A stretch of DNA of 64,000 bases, from contig LFSG01000028.1 in NCBI GenBank assembly GCA_001512685.1, positions 2,374 to 66,373 on the forward strand. The letters run 5' to 3'. The translations under genes and the position numbers were made by a program. This DNA is from Clostridiales bacterium DTU072 (lineage in GTDB: Bacteria; Bacillota; Clostridia; Christensenellales; DTU072). Below are positions 53,820 to 63,011 of this stretch, piece after piece (within the stretch, counting starts at the first letter, position 1; every line of letters starts with the position of its first letter). The notes under the pieces are model-generated. The model worked only from the letters and a program-made list of their open reading frames with translations, searched no databases and had not been told where the DNA came from.

Positions 53820-55640
53820 CTATATTTTGTTTTTCGATTGGCGGCGCAATCGTTCGGTATGGTCCAAAATCGTTTTTCTTATCCTTAAACTCTTGGGCGT
53901 TACTTCCAATTTTTCATCCTGTTCCAAAAACTCTATGCACTCTTCCAAGCTAAATTTTCTCGGCGTTTCCAGCCTCAACGCTTCGTCGCTGCCCGCCGCC
54001 CTCATATTCGTAACATGTTTTTTCTTGCACACGTTTACCGTGATGTCTCCTGATTTTGGCGATTGCCCCACTACCATGCCCGCATATACTTTTTCACCCG
54101 GCGAAATAAATAAAGTTCCCCTTTCCTGAGCGTTATAAAGGCCGTAAGTAACAGCCTCTCCCGTTTCATAAGCGACTAAGGCGCCGAAAGGGCGTTTGGG
54201 AATACTTCCTTTTAAGGGCTCATAACCGTAAAATACGCTGTTCATAACGCCCTCGCCTCTGGTTTCCGTCATAAAGTCAGACCTATAACCCAAAAGCCCC
54301 CTTGTGGGAACAATAAATTCCATTCTCATACGGCTTCCCATAGGCGTCATGGCTTTTAATCCGCCCTGTCTCTTGCCCATGTTTTCCATAATTATCCCCA
54401 CATAATGGTCGGGGACATCGATTGTCAGCTTTTCCATGGGCTCGCAAACCGCGCCGTCAATTATTTTGTTTATTACTTTAGGCGTGCCTACCTGAAATTC
54501 ATAGCCTTCCCTGCGCATATTCTCAATCAATACCGATAAATGTATTTCTCCCCTTCCCGACACAATAAACTCATCCGTGGTTTGACCGTCGGCAACCTTA
54601 AGTGAAAGATCTCTTAAGGTTTCTTTATATAATCTTGCCTTGAGATGTCTTGAGGTAACATATTTGCCTTCTTTGCCTGCAAACGGGCTGTCGTTTACGG
54701 AAAACACCATTTGCAAAGTGGGTTCGCTTATTTTGACAAAATTTACGGGCTCAACCCTGTTTGCTGAACACACCGTTTCGCCTATCATAATATTTTCTAT
54801 TCCGCTGAAGCTTACGATATCGCCCATTTCGGCGCTTTCTACCGCCACTTTTTTCAGTCCTTCAAATTGATAAATATTGCTGATCTTAGCTTTATATACT
54901 TTATCGTCATGGGCGTTGCATACCACAACCTCTTGATTGACGCGCATTTTGCCTCTTGCCAATCTGCCGATAGCCAGCCTGCCCATATAATCGGAATAAT
55001 CGACGGCTGAAACCAAAACCTGCAAATCCTCCGCATCGTCTCCCTGCGGAGCGGGTATATAATTTATAATCGTTTCAAAAAGCGGCTTTAAATTTTTGCC
55101 TTCTTCATTAATGCTTAGCGCGGCCTTGCCCTCTCTTCCGTTGCAATATATTACCGGACTGTCCAACTGTTCTTCGTCGGCGTTAAGGTCTATTAAAAGA
55201 TCGTATATTTCTTCCAAAACCTCTTTGGGCCTTGCGCCGATTTTATCGATTTTATTTATGCAGATGATTATTTTATGCTTCATTTCCAAAGCTTTTTGAA
55301 GCACAAATCTTGTTTGCGGCATTGGTCCTTCGTAGGCGTCCACCAAAAGCAATACGCCGTTAATCATCTTAAGCGCCCTTTCGACTTCTCCTCCAAAATC
55401 AGCGTGTCCGGGCGTGTCGACTATATTAATTTTTACGCCGTTATAAAAGGTAGAGGCGTTTTTTGCCATTATGGTAATGCCTCTTTCCCTTTCCAAATCA
55501 TTGCTGTCCATTACGCAGTCAGGCACATATTGGTTTTCTCTGAAAACACCGCCTTGCTTAAGCATGCCGTCAACAAGCGTAGTTTTGCCATGGTCCACAT
55601 GAGCGATTATGGCAATGTTGCGCAAATCTTCTCTTATCAT
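53820..55640 (-). CDS. typA: translational GTPase TypA/BipA
   Basis: 606 aa with [33 protein letters not shown] and NKID, and a BipA-type C-terminal region. Confidence 0.9.
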   Translation of the reverse strand: MIREDLRNIAIIAHVDHGKTTLVDGMLKQGGVFRENQYVPDCVMDSNDLERERGITIMAKNASTFYNGVKINIVDTPGHADFGGEVERALKMINGVLLLVDAYEGPMPQTRFVLQKALEMKHKIIICINKIDKIGARPKEVLEEIYDLLIDLNADEEQLDSPVIYCNGREGKAALSINEEGKNLKPLFETIINYIPAPQGDDAEDLQVLVSAVDYSDYMGRLAIGRLARGKMRVNQEVVVCNAHDDKVYKAKISNIYQFEGLKKVAVESAEMGDIVSFSGIENIMIGETVCSANRVEPVNFVKISEPTLQMVFSVNDSPFAGKEGKYVTSRHLKARLYKETLRDLSLKVADGQTTDEFIVSGRGEIHLSVLIENMRREGYEFQVGTPKVINKIIDGAVCEPMEKLTIDVPDHYVGIIMENMGKRQGGLKAMTPMGSRMRMEFIVPTRGLLGYRSDFMTETRGEGVMNSVFYGYEPLKGSIPKRPFGALVAYETGEAVTYGLYNAQERGTLFISPGEKVYAGMVVGQSPKSGDITVNVCKKKHVTNMRAAGSDEALRLETPRKFSLEECIEFLEQDEKLEVTPKSLRIRKTILDHTERLRRQSKNKI

Positions 55641-55654
55641 TTATCTTCAGTCCT

Positions 55655-56620
55655 TCAATCCAATTGCCCTATGGGTATTTCTACCACCGTCCATTCACTG
55701 CTTTGATAAATATCGTACAATTCGGGGGGATCATTGATTCTGCCCATTTCGTATCGGTAGGTATATCGGTAGGTATAATTGACCGCCCTTATCTTTATTA
55801 TCAACACATCCCCTATGTATTCCCCGCCCTTGAATAAATCGATAATATATTCCTCATTGGGCGTAAACAGCGGCGGGTTCTCGATTATGTTTGCGGGCTC
55901 GTCCAACCAATAAGCTCCGTCCACAAGCTCATAAGTGGTAACCTCTTTTTCTTCATTGAAGTATTTATATTTTAATGAATTCCAGTTTATTATTACACTG
56001 TCGCCCTCTCTTACCCAATTCAAATCGGGTTTTTCAAGCTCTAAAGGTATTACATAGTAGGTAGCCCATTGCGTAAAATCGCTGCTGCCTCTCTTATTGC
56101 TTGCTTTTACGCGGTATTTAAGCGTTCCTCTTTTCCTTTCAACAAATATGCCGTCATTATATACTTGGTGGCTTATTGTGTCGTCGGGATATAGGTCATA
56201 TACCACTTCCACCGTATAGCTTTCGGCATTGCGGATTTTATCCCAGCGCAGCAGCAATACAAAATCTTTTTGGGAATCAAAGTTTTCAACACGGAGGTTT
56301 TTTGGTGTCAGAGGCTTTTTTGTTCCAAAAAAATCATAAAAAACGCTGTCGGGATTATTGATATTAGATAAAACCAAAATTCCTCCCGCCACAAGAATTA
56401 TTCCTAAAACCGCGGCTGTTATTATAGCGGTAAGTTTGATTGCGGCTTTCTTTTTTGCTTTTTCCTTTATGGAGATTTTTTTGGGTTTGCCGCCTTTTGA
56501 TTTCTTTGCGCCGCTTTCTTTCTCGTATGTTCTTTCCAAAACGACATTTGCCTCTTCTTTCATTGAAGAAGAGGCGCCGTTATGGTTTTGTATAATGGGA
56601 GGTTTTCTTTCGGAGCACAC
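55655..56620 (-). CDS. single-pass membrane protein with FN3-like extracellular domain(s)
   Basis: 321 aa from a GTG start. The N-terminus is basic, followed by the TM segment LTAIITAAVLGIILVAGGILVL. The segment PKNLRVENFDSQKDFVLLLRWDKIRNAESYTVEV is FN3-like. Confidence 0.5.
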   Translation of the reverse strand: MCSERKPPIIQNHNGASSSMKEEANVVLERTYEKESGAKKSKGGKPKKISIKEKAKKKAAIKLTAIITAAVLGIILVAGGILVLSNINNPDSVFYDFFGTKKPLTPKNLRVENFDSQKDFVLLLRWDKIRNAESYTVEVVYDLYPDDTISHQVYNDGIFVERKRGTLKYRVKASNKRGSSDFTQWATYYVIPLELEKPDLNWVREGDSVIINWNSLKYKYFNEEKEVTTYELVDGAYWLDEPANIIENPPLFTPNEEYIIDLFKGGEYIGDVLIIKIRAVNYTYRYTYRYEMGRINDPPELYDIYQSSEWTVVEIPIGQLD

Positions 56621-56621
56621 T

Positions 56622-57872
56622 TTATTTTCTCACCAACACCTTTTTAAGTTTGGCCATTCTGGGCAATCCTTCCTCAAGGGGAGCTTTTGTATCGCCCTGA
56701 ATTAAAGGTAAAGCGTATTCTATAAATTTATCTGAAAGCGCCGTGCCGTTGTTGATTATCCACTCCAGCGGAACTTTCTTTTCGGCGTTTGCCGCAAGCT
56801 CTACGGGCATGAGCTTGTATTCGATTTTATATTCCTTTTGGGGTTGACGCTCAAAAACCACCATTTTGTCGGTTTCGCCTTGGACGGCGTACCTGACCGC
56901 CATAACTCCCGCCATAAAGGCTTCTTCAACGTCGGTTTTTGAAGCTAAATGGGCGGCGCACCTTTGCAATAAGCTGAATTCAATGGCTCTTACTTTTGTC
57001 TTAAATCTTTGCTTAAGCAAGTCCGCAAGCGCATCCGCCACTCCGCCAAGCTGAGTATGCCCGAAAGAATCTTTTTCCGCCTTTCTTTGCTCAATGGCTT
57101 CGGCGACATAAAGCCCTTCTTTTGTCTTTATCCCTTCCGACAAAGCCACAATGCATTTGCCGTTATTTTGGTCAATAACATTTTTGACATCGTCCACAAA
57201 TTTATCTATGTCAAAAGGAATTTCGGGAAGATAAATCAAATCGGGGCCAAGCCCTTTGTAGTAGGCAAGACTGCTCGCCGCGGTAAGCCAACCGGCGTTT
57301 CTGCCCATTATTTCCACAATGGTTATTTGTCCTTTGTCATAAACCGTGGCGTCCAAGCACAATTCCATTAATGTGGTGGCCACATATTTTGCGGCGCTGC
57401 CGTAGCCCGGGCAATGGTCGGTGCCGTAAAGATCGTTGTCTATTGTCTTGGGCACGCCGATTATATTGCATTCATACCCTTTGGACAGCAAATACTTGGA
57501 AACTTTATTGCACGTGTCCATACTGTCATTGCCGCCGTTATAGAAAAAATAGCGGATATTGTATTTCTTAAAAACTTCAAGAATTCTTTTATAATCGGTT
57601 TCGTCTTCCTCGACAGGTTTAAGCTTATATCTTACCGAACCCAGCGCCGACGAAGGAGTGTTCTTCAACAGCATAAGCTCTTCGGGGCTTTCCTGGGAAA
57701 TGTCATAAAATGTTTCCTCCAAAATGCCCTTTATGCCGTGAGCGGCGCCGTAAACGGCGGTAATGTTGGGTTGCTTAAGCGCTTCAGTGAAAACGCCCGC
57801 CGCGCTTGAATTGATTACCGAGGTGGGACCTCCCGATTGTCCGAAAATACATGCTCCTTTTAAGTTTTTCAT
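56622..57872 (-). CDS. pfp: phosphofructokinase, pyrophosphate-dependent type (predicted)
   Basis: 416 aa. The N-terminus reads GQSGGPTSVINSS. The motif is GGNDS where ATP-PFKs have GGDGS, and VPKTIDND where ATP-PFKs have PGTIDND. Asp/Lys at these two positions is the PPi-type signature. Confidence 0.7.
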   Translation of the reverse strand: MKNLKGACIFGQSGGPTSVINSSAAGVFTEALKQPNITAVYGAAHGIKGILEETFYDISQESPEELMLLKNTPSSALGSVRYKLKPVEEDETDYKRILEVFKKYNIRYFFYNGGNDSMDTCNKVSKYLLSKGYECNIIGVPKTIDNDLYGTDHCPGYGSAAKYVATTLMELCLDATVYDKGQITIVEIMGRNAGWLTAASSLAYYKGLGPDLIYLPEIPFDIDKFVDDVKNVIDQNNGKCIVALSEGIKTKEGLYVAEAIEQRKAEKDSFGHTQLGGVADALADLLKQRFKTKVRAIEFSLLQRCAAHLASKTDVEEAFMAGVMAVRYAVQGETDKMVVFERQPQKEYKIEYKLMPVELAANAEKKVPLEWIINNGTALSDKFIEYALPLIQGDTKAPLEEGLPRMAKLKKVLVRK

Positions 57873-57907
57873 GTTTCCTCCAAATATATTATTGTATAAA
57901 ATCGTTA

Positions 57908-58867
57908 TTACTGACTGAGTTTATTGACTAATTCATACAGCTCTTTGTTGAGTTTTCGGGGCGTATTAAGCGCCTGGCCTACTTCCATGTCAAAAATCTT
58001 ATTGTTTTTAATGCCCACTACTCTGCCGCCCTTGTCTTGCTTCAACAAATCGACGGCTCTCGCGGCGAATTTCGCGCCTAGCACTCTGTCCGCCATAGTG
58101 GGGGTACCCCCTCTTTGAATGTGCCCCAGCTTAACCGTCCTTAAAGAAATGCTGGTCCGCTTTTTAAGCTCTTCCCTTAAAACTTCGGCATCGCAAACGC
58201 CTTCGGCCAGCATTATTATATCGGATTTTTTGCCTTTTATTTTATTTTGGATTATTTTCTTGCTTATGGCGGCGATATCCACTTGCACTTCGGGCACAAG
58301 CATTATCTCCGCGCCGCCCGCTAAAGCGCCGTATATGGCTATGTCGCCGCATTTTCTTCCCATGACTTCGACTATGCACACCCTTTCATGGGAAGTCATG
58401 GTATCCCTTAAATTGTTCACCGCCCACAATACTGTGTTGACGGCGGTATCAAACCCCAAAGTAAAATCGGTATACGCCAAATCGTTATCTATGGTGCCCG
58501 GAACGCCCACAAACGGATACCCAAAATTTGTTTTCATATCTTGGATGCCTCGGAAAGATCCGTCCCCTCCAATTACGATAACCCCTTCTATTCCGTAAGC
58601 CGCCAAAACATCCACGGCTTTTTGCTGATATTCTATCTCTTTGAATTCGGGGCATCTATCCGTCTTAAGTATGGTGCCGCCTTTTTGTATAATCCCCGAC
58701 ACCGAACGATTATCCATTCTTGTAATATATCCGTTAATCAATCCACGATAGCCGCATTCAATACCGTATACTTCCATGCCTTCGGATATGCCGTATCGCA
58801 CCGCCGCCCTTATGGCGGAATTCATTCCAGGCGCGTCGCCTCCGCTTGTAAGCACGCCTATCTTTAT
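57908..58867 (-). CDS. pfkA: ATP-dependent 6-phosphofructokinase
   Basis: Motifs TSGGDAPGMN, IGGDGSFRG, VPGTIDNDL, MGRKCGD and GHIQRGG are present. The track ORF starts at a GTG at 58855. I extend it to the ATA at 58865-58867, which restores the (M)KIGVLTSGGD N-terminus and lies 9 nt after a GAGG. An in-frame TAA sits at 58874-58876. Confidence 0.85.
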   Translation of the reverse strand: MKIGVLTSGGDAPGMNSAIRAAVRYGISEGMEVYGIECGYRGLINGYITRMDNRSVSGIIQKGGTILKTDRCPEFKEIEYQQKAVDVLAAYGIEGVIVIGGDGSFRGIQDMKTNFGYPFVGVPGTIDNDLAYTDFTLGFDTAVNTVLWAVNNLRDTMTSHERVCIVEVMGRKCGDIAIYGALAGGAEIMLVPEVQVDIAAISKKIIQNKIKGKKSDIIMLAEGVCDAEVLREELKKRTSISLRTVKLGHIQRGGTPTMADRVLGAKFAARAVDLLKQDKGGRVVGIKNNKIFDMEVGQALNTPRKLNKELYELVNKLSQ

Positions 58868-58941
58868 TTTAAATTACCTCTTGATTTTTTTAGTTATTAT
58901 ACCACAATTTGCATACGCATTCAAATGTTGCGGGCAAACAA

Positions 58942-59043
58942 TCAGCGCACATGCCCTTTTCCCGCAACTACATATTTCAGCGAAGTAAGCTCCTTTAAGC
59001 CGATGGGGCCTCTCACATGCAGTTTTTGCGTGGATATGCCCAT
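58942..59043 (-). CDS. proA: C-terminal 33-aa fragment of gamma-glutamyl phosphate reductase, separated from the main ORF by an in-frame TAA
   Basis: It reads [33 protein letters not shown], matching the conserved ProA C-terminus ([17 protein letters not shown]...). It starts at the codon immediately after the TAA at 59044-59046. Confidence 0.6.
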   Translation of the reverse strand: MGISTQKLHVRGPIGLKELTSLKYVVAGKGHVR

Positions 59044-60186
59044 TTACGCGCCCAATCCCAATTCAAAGCCGTCGGTAAACCTTGTGGAAGCGTTGACATA
59101 TACGGCGGCGGCGTCCACTTCTCTTGCGAACCTTTGAGCTTTATCGCTGTCTTCGGTAATAATCGCTTCGCTGTGATTTGTGCCGTAATAATTTATGTGT
59201 TTTATGGCCTCGTCTATATCCGCCACTATTTTTACTTTGACGATAAGGTCGTTATACTCTTTATGATATTCTTCGTCATTTATAAGCGCGGTATCGGCAA
59301 ATAATTGCTTAACTTCATTGTCCCCTCTTATTTCCACGCCTCTGTCCTGCAGTTCTTTCAAGCATATCGGCAAAAATTCGGAAGCCATTTTTCTGTCGCA
59401 AAGAATTGTTTCCAAGGCATTGCACACCGAAGGACGATTGAGCTTGGCGTTTAACACCACCTTAAGAGCCATTTCCTTATCGCAGGAGCTTTCCACATAA
59501 GTATGGCAATTGCCGCCCGCCGAAGCTATTACGGGCATGGCGGCGTGCTCCAGCACAAACTTTTTAAGCTGTTCGCCTCCTCTGGGTATGACCACATCTA
59601 TCAAACCCTCTTGCTTTAACATTTCTTGCGTAAAGGCGCGGTCCGCTCCTTCGATAAATCCTACCAAGCCTTGGTTAAAGCCTTGTTTTGTCAATACGCT
59701 TTTCATTAAGGATACCAAATATTTGTTGGTGTTTACGGCGTCTTTGCTTCCCCGCAAGATTACGGCGTTGGAGGATTTGATACACAGCGCCGCGGCATCC
59801 ACGGTAACATTGGGGCGGGCTTCATAGATAATGCCGATGACGCCCAGAGGCGACCTTATTTTCCTTACCTCAAGCCCGTTTGGCAAGGTGTATTCTTGTT
59901 CGATTTCCCCCACGGGATCGGTCAATTTTATTATGGCGTCTATGCCGTCCGCCATAGAGCGAATACGGCTGTCCGTTAAAGTCAGCCTGTCAATAAAGGC
60001 GTCGTTGCGGCCGTTTTCCTTAGCTTGTATCAAATCCAATCGATTATATTCATATATCTTATCGACATTGGACATTATCTCTTCTTTAATGCCTGCGAGA
60101 ATGGCGTTTTTTTGTTCGGTTGAGATTTTCATAAAGCTGTTGGCCGCTTCTTTTGCGGCTAAGCAAATATCTTTTATATTTGTCAT
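59044..60186 (-). CDS. proA: gamma-glutamyl phosphate reductase, prematurely terminated (380 aa instead of about 415)
   Basis: Aldehyde-dehydrogenase-like ProA motifs are present (IYEARPNVTVDAAALCIKS, NASTRFTDGFELGLGA). The ORF ends in TAA where the family has a conserved Glu. The start ATG overlaps the yebC-family gene stop (ATGA). Confidence 0.85.
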   Translation of the reverse strand: MTNIKDICLAAKEAANSFMKISTEQKNAILAGIKEEIMSNVDKIYEYNRLDLIQAKENGRNDAFIDRLTLTDSRIRSMADGIDAIIKLTDPVGEIEQEYTLPNGLEVRKIRSPLGVIGIIYEARPNVTVDAAALCIKSSNAVILRGSKDAVNTNKYLVSLMKSVLTKQGFNQGLVGFIEGADRAFTQEMLKQEGLIDVVIPRGGEQLKKFVLEHAAMPVIASAGGNCHTYVESSCDKEMALKVVLNAKLNRPSVCNALETILCDRKMASEFLPICLKELQDRGVEIRGDNEVKQLFADTALINDEEYHKEYNDLIVKVKIVADIDEAIKHINYYGTNHSEAIITEDSDKAQRFAREVDAAAVYVNASTRFTDGFELGLGA

Positions 60187-60923
60187 TCTTCCTCTACCTC
60201 CTCGGGCAGATTGGCGTTATGATAAACATTTTGCACATCGTCGTTTTCTTCCAATTTCTCCAATAGTTTTTGAATGGACGAAATATTGTCTTGGGGCGGG
60301 TCTATATACATATCGGGAATATATTCCACGCTGGAAGACAAAATATTCAAACCCGCGTCGGCAAAAACCTTTCTCGCGTTTTCAAGATTTTGCGGAGAAG
60401 TATAAATTTCGTACGCGTCGTCGGCGGCTATGATATCGTCGGCTTCGGCTTCCAAGCTTATAACCATAATGTCGTCCTCGGTCTTGTCGGTTTTTTCCAC
60501 AATAAGCACGCCTTTTCTATTGAAAAGATATGACACGCAGCCTGTGGAGCCTAAAGAGCCGCCGTATTTGTCAAACAAATGTCTGATATCTCCCGCCGTA
60601 CGGTTTTTGTTGTCGGTAAGAGCTTCCACGATTACGGCCACTCCTCCGGGGGCATAGCCTTCGTACATCATTTCTTCATAGTTTACGCTGTTCAGTTCGC
60701 CGCTGGCTTTCTTAATAGAGCGTAAAATATTGTCGTTGGGCATATTGTTTTGCTTGGCCTTGGCGATAACGTCTCTCAATCTGGAATTATTTTCGGGATC
60801 GGGCCCGCCCATTTTTACGGCAACGGCAATTTCCCGCCCTATTTTGGTGAAGATATGAGCTCTTGCCGCGTCTGTTTTACTTTTCTTGGCTTTAATATTG
60901 GCCCATTTACTGTGTCCTGCCAT
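60183..60923 (-). CDS. YebC/PmpR-family DNA-binding transcriptional regulator
   Basis: 246 aa. The hallmark N-terminus MAGHSKWANIKAKKSKTDAARAHIFTKIGREI is present. Confidence 0.9.
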   Translation of the reverse strand: MAGHSKWANIKAKKSKTDAARAHIFTKIGREIAVAVKMGGPDPENNSRLRDVIAKAKQNNMPNDNILRSIKKASGELNSVNYEEMMYEGYAPGGVAVIVEALTDNKNRTAGDIRHLFDKYGGSLGSTGCVSYLFNRKGVLIVEKTDKTEDDIMVISLEAEADDIIAADDAYEIYTSPQNLENARKVFADAGLNILSSSVEYIPDMYIDPPQDNISSIQKLLEKLEENDDVQNVYHNANLPEEVEEE

Positions 60924-60946
60924 AACAAAAATCTCCTTTCACAATA

Positions 60947-61687
60947 TTATAACATATAAAGAGCTATTGAAATGCTGACGGCGGCGTTTAACGACTCAAT
61001 TTTGCCTTCCATGGGCAAAGAAAGGATTTCCGCGCATCTTTCCTTTACCGATTGAGGCAGTCCATGAGCTTCGCTCCCCACCGCAATAATTATTTTTTTG
61101 TTGTTTCTTTCATAATCATATATAGATTTTCCGCAAGCGTCAAGTCCCAGCAAATCGTAACTTCGCAATAAGTTATCGATTTCTTTATAGTCAATTTTTA
61201 CGGCGTTTACATAAAAAGACGCTCCCATCGCCGCTCTTATTACTTTTGGCGAATATATGTCCACGCAGTCGCCGTAGATAAGTGCGGTCTTTACTCCTCT
61301 TGCGGCCGCCGTGCGCAAAATGGTGCCCATATTGCCCGCGTCCGAAATGCCGCACAGCATTATTAAAGTATTTCCCGATATTTCTTTGCTCTCGGTTATT
61401 TGGGCAACTGCCAAAGCGCCGCTGGGGGTTTTGGTGTCGCTTACGGCGTCAAACAAGGCATCGGCGACGATATAGGCTTGAACCCCCAAGCTCTCTTCCA
61501 AAAATTTAAGTTTTTGATATTGAGACTGCTTGAGGTAAAGTTCGATTATTTTCGCGTCCTTGGGCGATAAATCTTTTAATATGTTTACTCCTTCCACAAT
61601 ATAAGCGCCATACTTGTCCCTGCCCTTTTTTGAGCGCAAGGCTTTAATTTTTTTAAGCTTGGCATTTTGCGAGGATATAATTGTCAT
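60947..61687 (-). CDS. TrmH/SpoU-family RNA 2'-O-methyltransferase
   Basis: The C-terminal SpoU motifs are IAVGSEAHGLP and ESLNAAVSISIALY. The start is placed at the ATG at 61687 (MTIISSQNAKLKK), because the longer track ORF would include the rplT terminator hairpin. Confidence 0.75.
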   Translation of the reverse strand: MTIISSQNAKLKKIKALRSKKGRDKYGAYIVEGVNILKDLSPKDAKIIELYLKQSQYQKLKFLEESLGVQAYIVADALFDAVSDTKTPSGALAVAQITESKEISGNTLIMLCGISDAGNMGTILRTAAARGVKTALIYGDCVDIYSPKVIRAAMGASFYVNAVKIDYKEIDNLLRSYDLLGLDACGKSIYDYERNNKKIIIAVGSEAHGLPQSVKERCAEILSLPMEGKIESLNAAVSISIALYML

Positions 61688-61689
61688 AT

Positions 61690-61724
61690 TAAGAAAATTG
61701 CCGCATTTTTTGATTTGCGGCAAC
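61690..61724 (-). terminator. intrinsic terminator after rplT
   Basis: The minus strand reads UUGCCGCA-AAUCAAAAAA-UGCGGCAA followed by UUUUCUU. Confidence 0.65.
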
Positions 61725-61730
61725 CCTTTG

Positions 61731-62087
61731 TTATTTCGCTAAAGCAAGTTTAGCCTTATTGCACAGTTCGGCAAAAGCCGCGGAATCGTTAACCGCGATA
61801 TCGGCCAATATCTTTCTGTTCAAAGTTATTCCCGCTTCCTTAAGTCCGTGCATAAATCTTGAATAGGATATGTCGTTCATTCTTGCCGCCGCGTTAATTC
61901 TTGCTATCCAAAGCTGACGAAAATCTCTTTTCTTAAGCTTGCGTCCCACATAAGCATATTGCATGGACTTCATTACCGCTTGACGCGCCACCCTGTAAAG
62001 CTTGGATTTGGCGCCGAAATAACCTTTTGCTCTTCTTAATATTTTTCTGCGTTTTTTAACGCCGTTTACTCCTCTTTTTATTCTCAT
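61731..62087 (-). CDS. rplT: 50S ribosomal protein L20
   Basis: 118 aa beginning [17 protein letters not shown], with [34 protein letters not shown]. Confidence 0.95.
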   Translation of the reverse strand: MRIKRGVNGVKKRRKILRRAKGYFGAKSKLYRVARQAVMKSMQYAYVGRKLKKRDFRQLWIARINAAARMNDISYSRFMHGLKEAGITLNRKILADIAVNDSAAFAELCNKAKLALAK

Positions 62088-62099
62088 TCAACACCTCCA

Positions 62100-62300
62100 T
62101 TAAGCCTGTCCGGATATTAAGTTTTTAATTGTCTTGGCTTGAGAAACATCCACATATCCGCCTTGTCTTAAATTGCGCTTTCTTTTTCTGCTCTTTTTAT
62201 TTAATATATGGTTTTTGTTTTGCTTGGCCCTTTTAATCTTGCCGCTTGCGGTCAATCTGAAGCGTTTTTTTGCTCCGCTGTGTGTCTTCATTTTTGGCAT
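62100..62300 (-). CDS. rpmI: 50S ribosomal protein L35
   Basis: 66 aa beginning [24 protein letters not shown]. Confidence 0.95.
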   Translation of the reverse strand: MPKMKTHSGAKKRFRLTASGKIKRAKQNKNHILNKKSRKRKRNLRQGGYVDVSQAKTIKNLISGQA

Positions 62301-62316
62301 AGCTTGGTCTCCTTCA

Positions 62317-62838
62317 TTATTTATTTTTGTTTTTTATGGGCGCTACCGTCATTCCCACAATCCTTCCTTCCGTGGACGGACGGGTTTCCATAACGCCGTA
62401 ATCTTTAATCATTTCATAAAAATCATACACCACTTGCACGCTTATATCCGTATGCGCGAGCTGTCTGCCCCACATCTTAAGAGTTACCCTTACCTTATTG
62501 CCGTCCTCAAGAAATTCTTTGGCTCTTTTGGCTTTGGTTTTAAGGTCTCCTATGTCTATGGTTTGGGAAAGTCTTATCTCCTTGATTTCCACTACTTTTT
62601 GAGCTTTCTTTGCTTCTTTCTCTTTCTTTATCATATCGAAGCGATATTTGCCGTAATCCATAAGTTTACAGACAACAGGCTTTGCGTTCGGCGAAACTTT
62701 TACCAAATCCAAATTCCTGTAATCGGCTATTCTCTGCGCTTCTGCCTTGCTCATCACTCCCAGCTGGACGCCCTTTTCGTCAATGAGCCTTACTTCCGAA
62801 TCATTAATGTTATGATTGATTTGCAGTTCTTTGAAAAT
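62317..62838 (-). CDS. infC: translation initiation factor IF-3 (AUU start)
   Basis: The track ORF starts at an internal GTG at 62757. Extending in frame gives (M)[33 protein letters not shown]..., the conserved IF-3 N-domain. The ATT at 62836-62838 lies 6 nt after GGAGG, and an in-frame TAG sits two codons upstream. Confidence 0.85.
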   Translation of the reverse strand: MFKELQINHNINDSEVRLIDEKGVQLGVMSKAEAQRIADYRNLDLVKVSPNAKPVVCKLMDYGKYRFDMIKKEKEAKKAQKVVEIKEIRLSQTIDIGDLKTKAKRAKEFLEDGNKVRVTLKMWGRQLAHTDISVQVVYDFYEMIKDYGVMETRPSTEGRIVGMTVAPIKNKNK

Positions 62839-62852
62839 AACCTACCTCCCCA

Positions 62853-63000
62853 ATAAAAAAAGTGTGCGAAGTAAAAGCACACACCCTCCATTATAACTTT
62901 TTCATTATAACAACCGTCCTTAGCGCAACAGCCGGCGGTGAGAATTACTTCTACTTCTTTAATAAGATATAATAAATCTTATTTTATGTCAAGCAATTTT
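62853..63000 (-). promoter_or_regulatory. infC-rpmI-rplT leader with a terminator hairpin (L20-type attenuator candidate; also serves as the thrS terminator)
   Basis: The minus strand reads GUGUGC-UUUUACUUC-GCACAC (62862-62882) followed by UUUUUUUAUU, directly before the infC Shine-Dalgarno. The upstream leader of about 110 nt has further helices. A TTGACA-N17-TATCTT promoter candidate lies near 62955-62985. Confidence 0.5.
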
Positions 63001-63011
63001 ATGATATTTAA

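Noticed and set aside
59044-59046. The possibility that TAA is recoded or that a non-standard genetic code is used, given the in-frame TAA in proA.
   Set aside because: TAA terminates other well-delimited genes here, for example the 2450-aa, 2519-aa and PPi-PFK genes. TGA and TAG also act as stops: pyrK and the YebC-family gene end in TGA, and pyrR in TAG. There is no sign of systematic in-frame stops.
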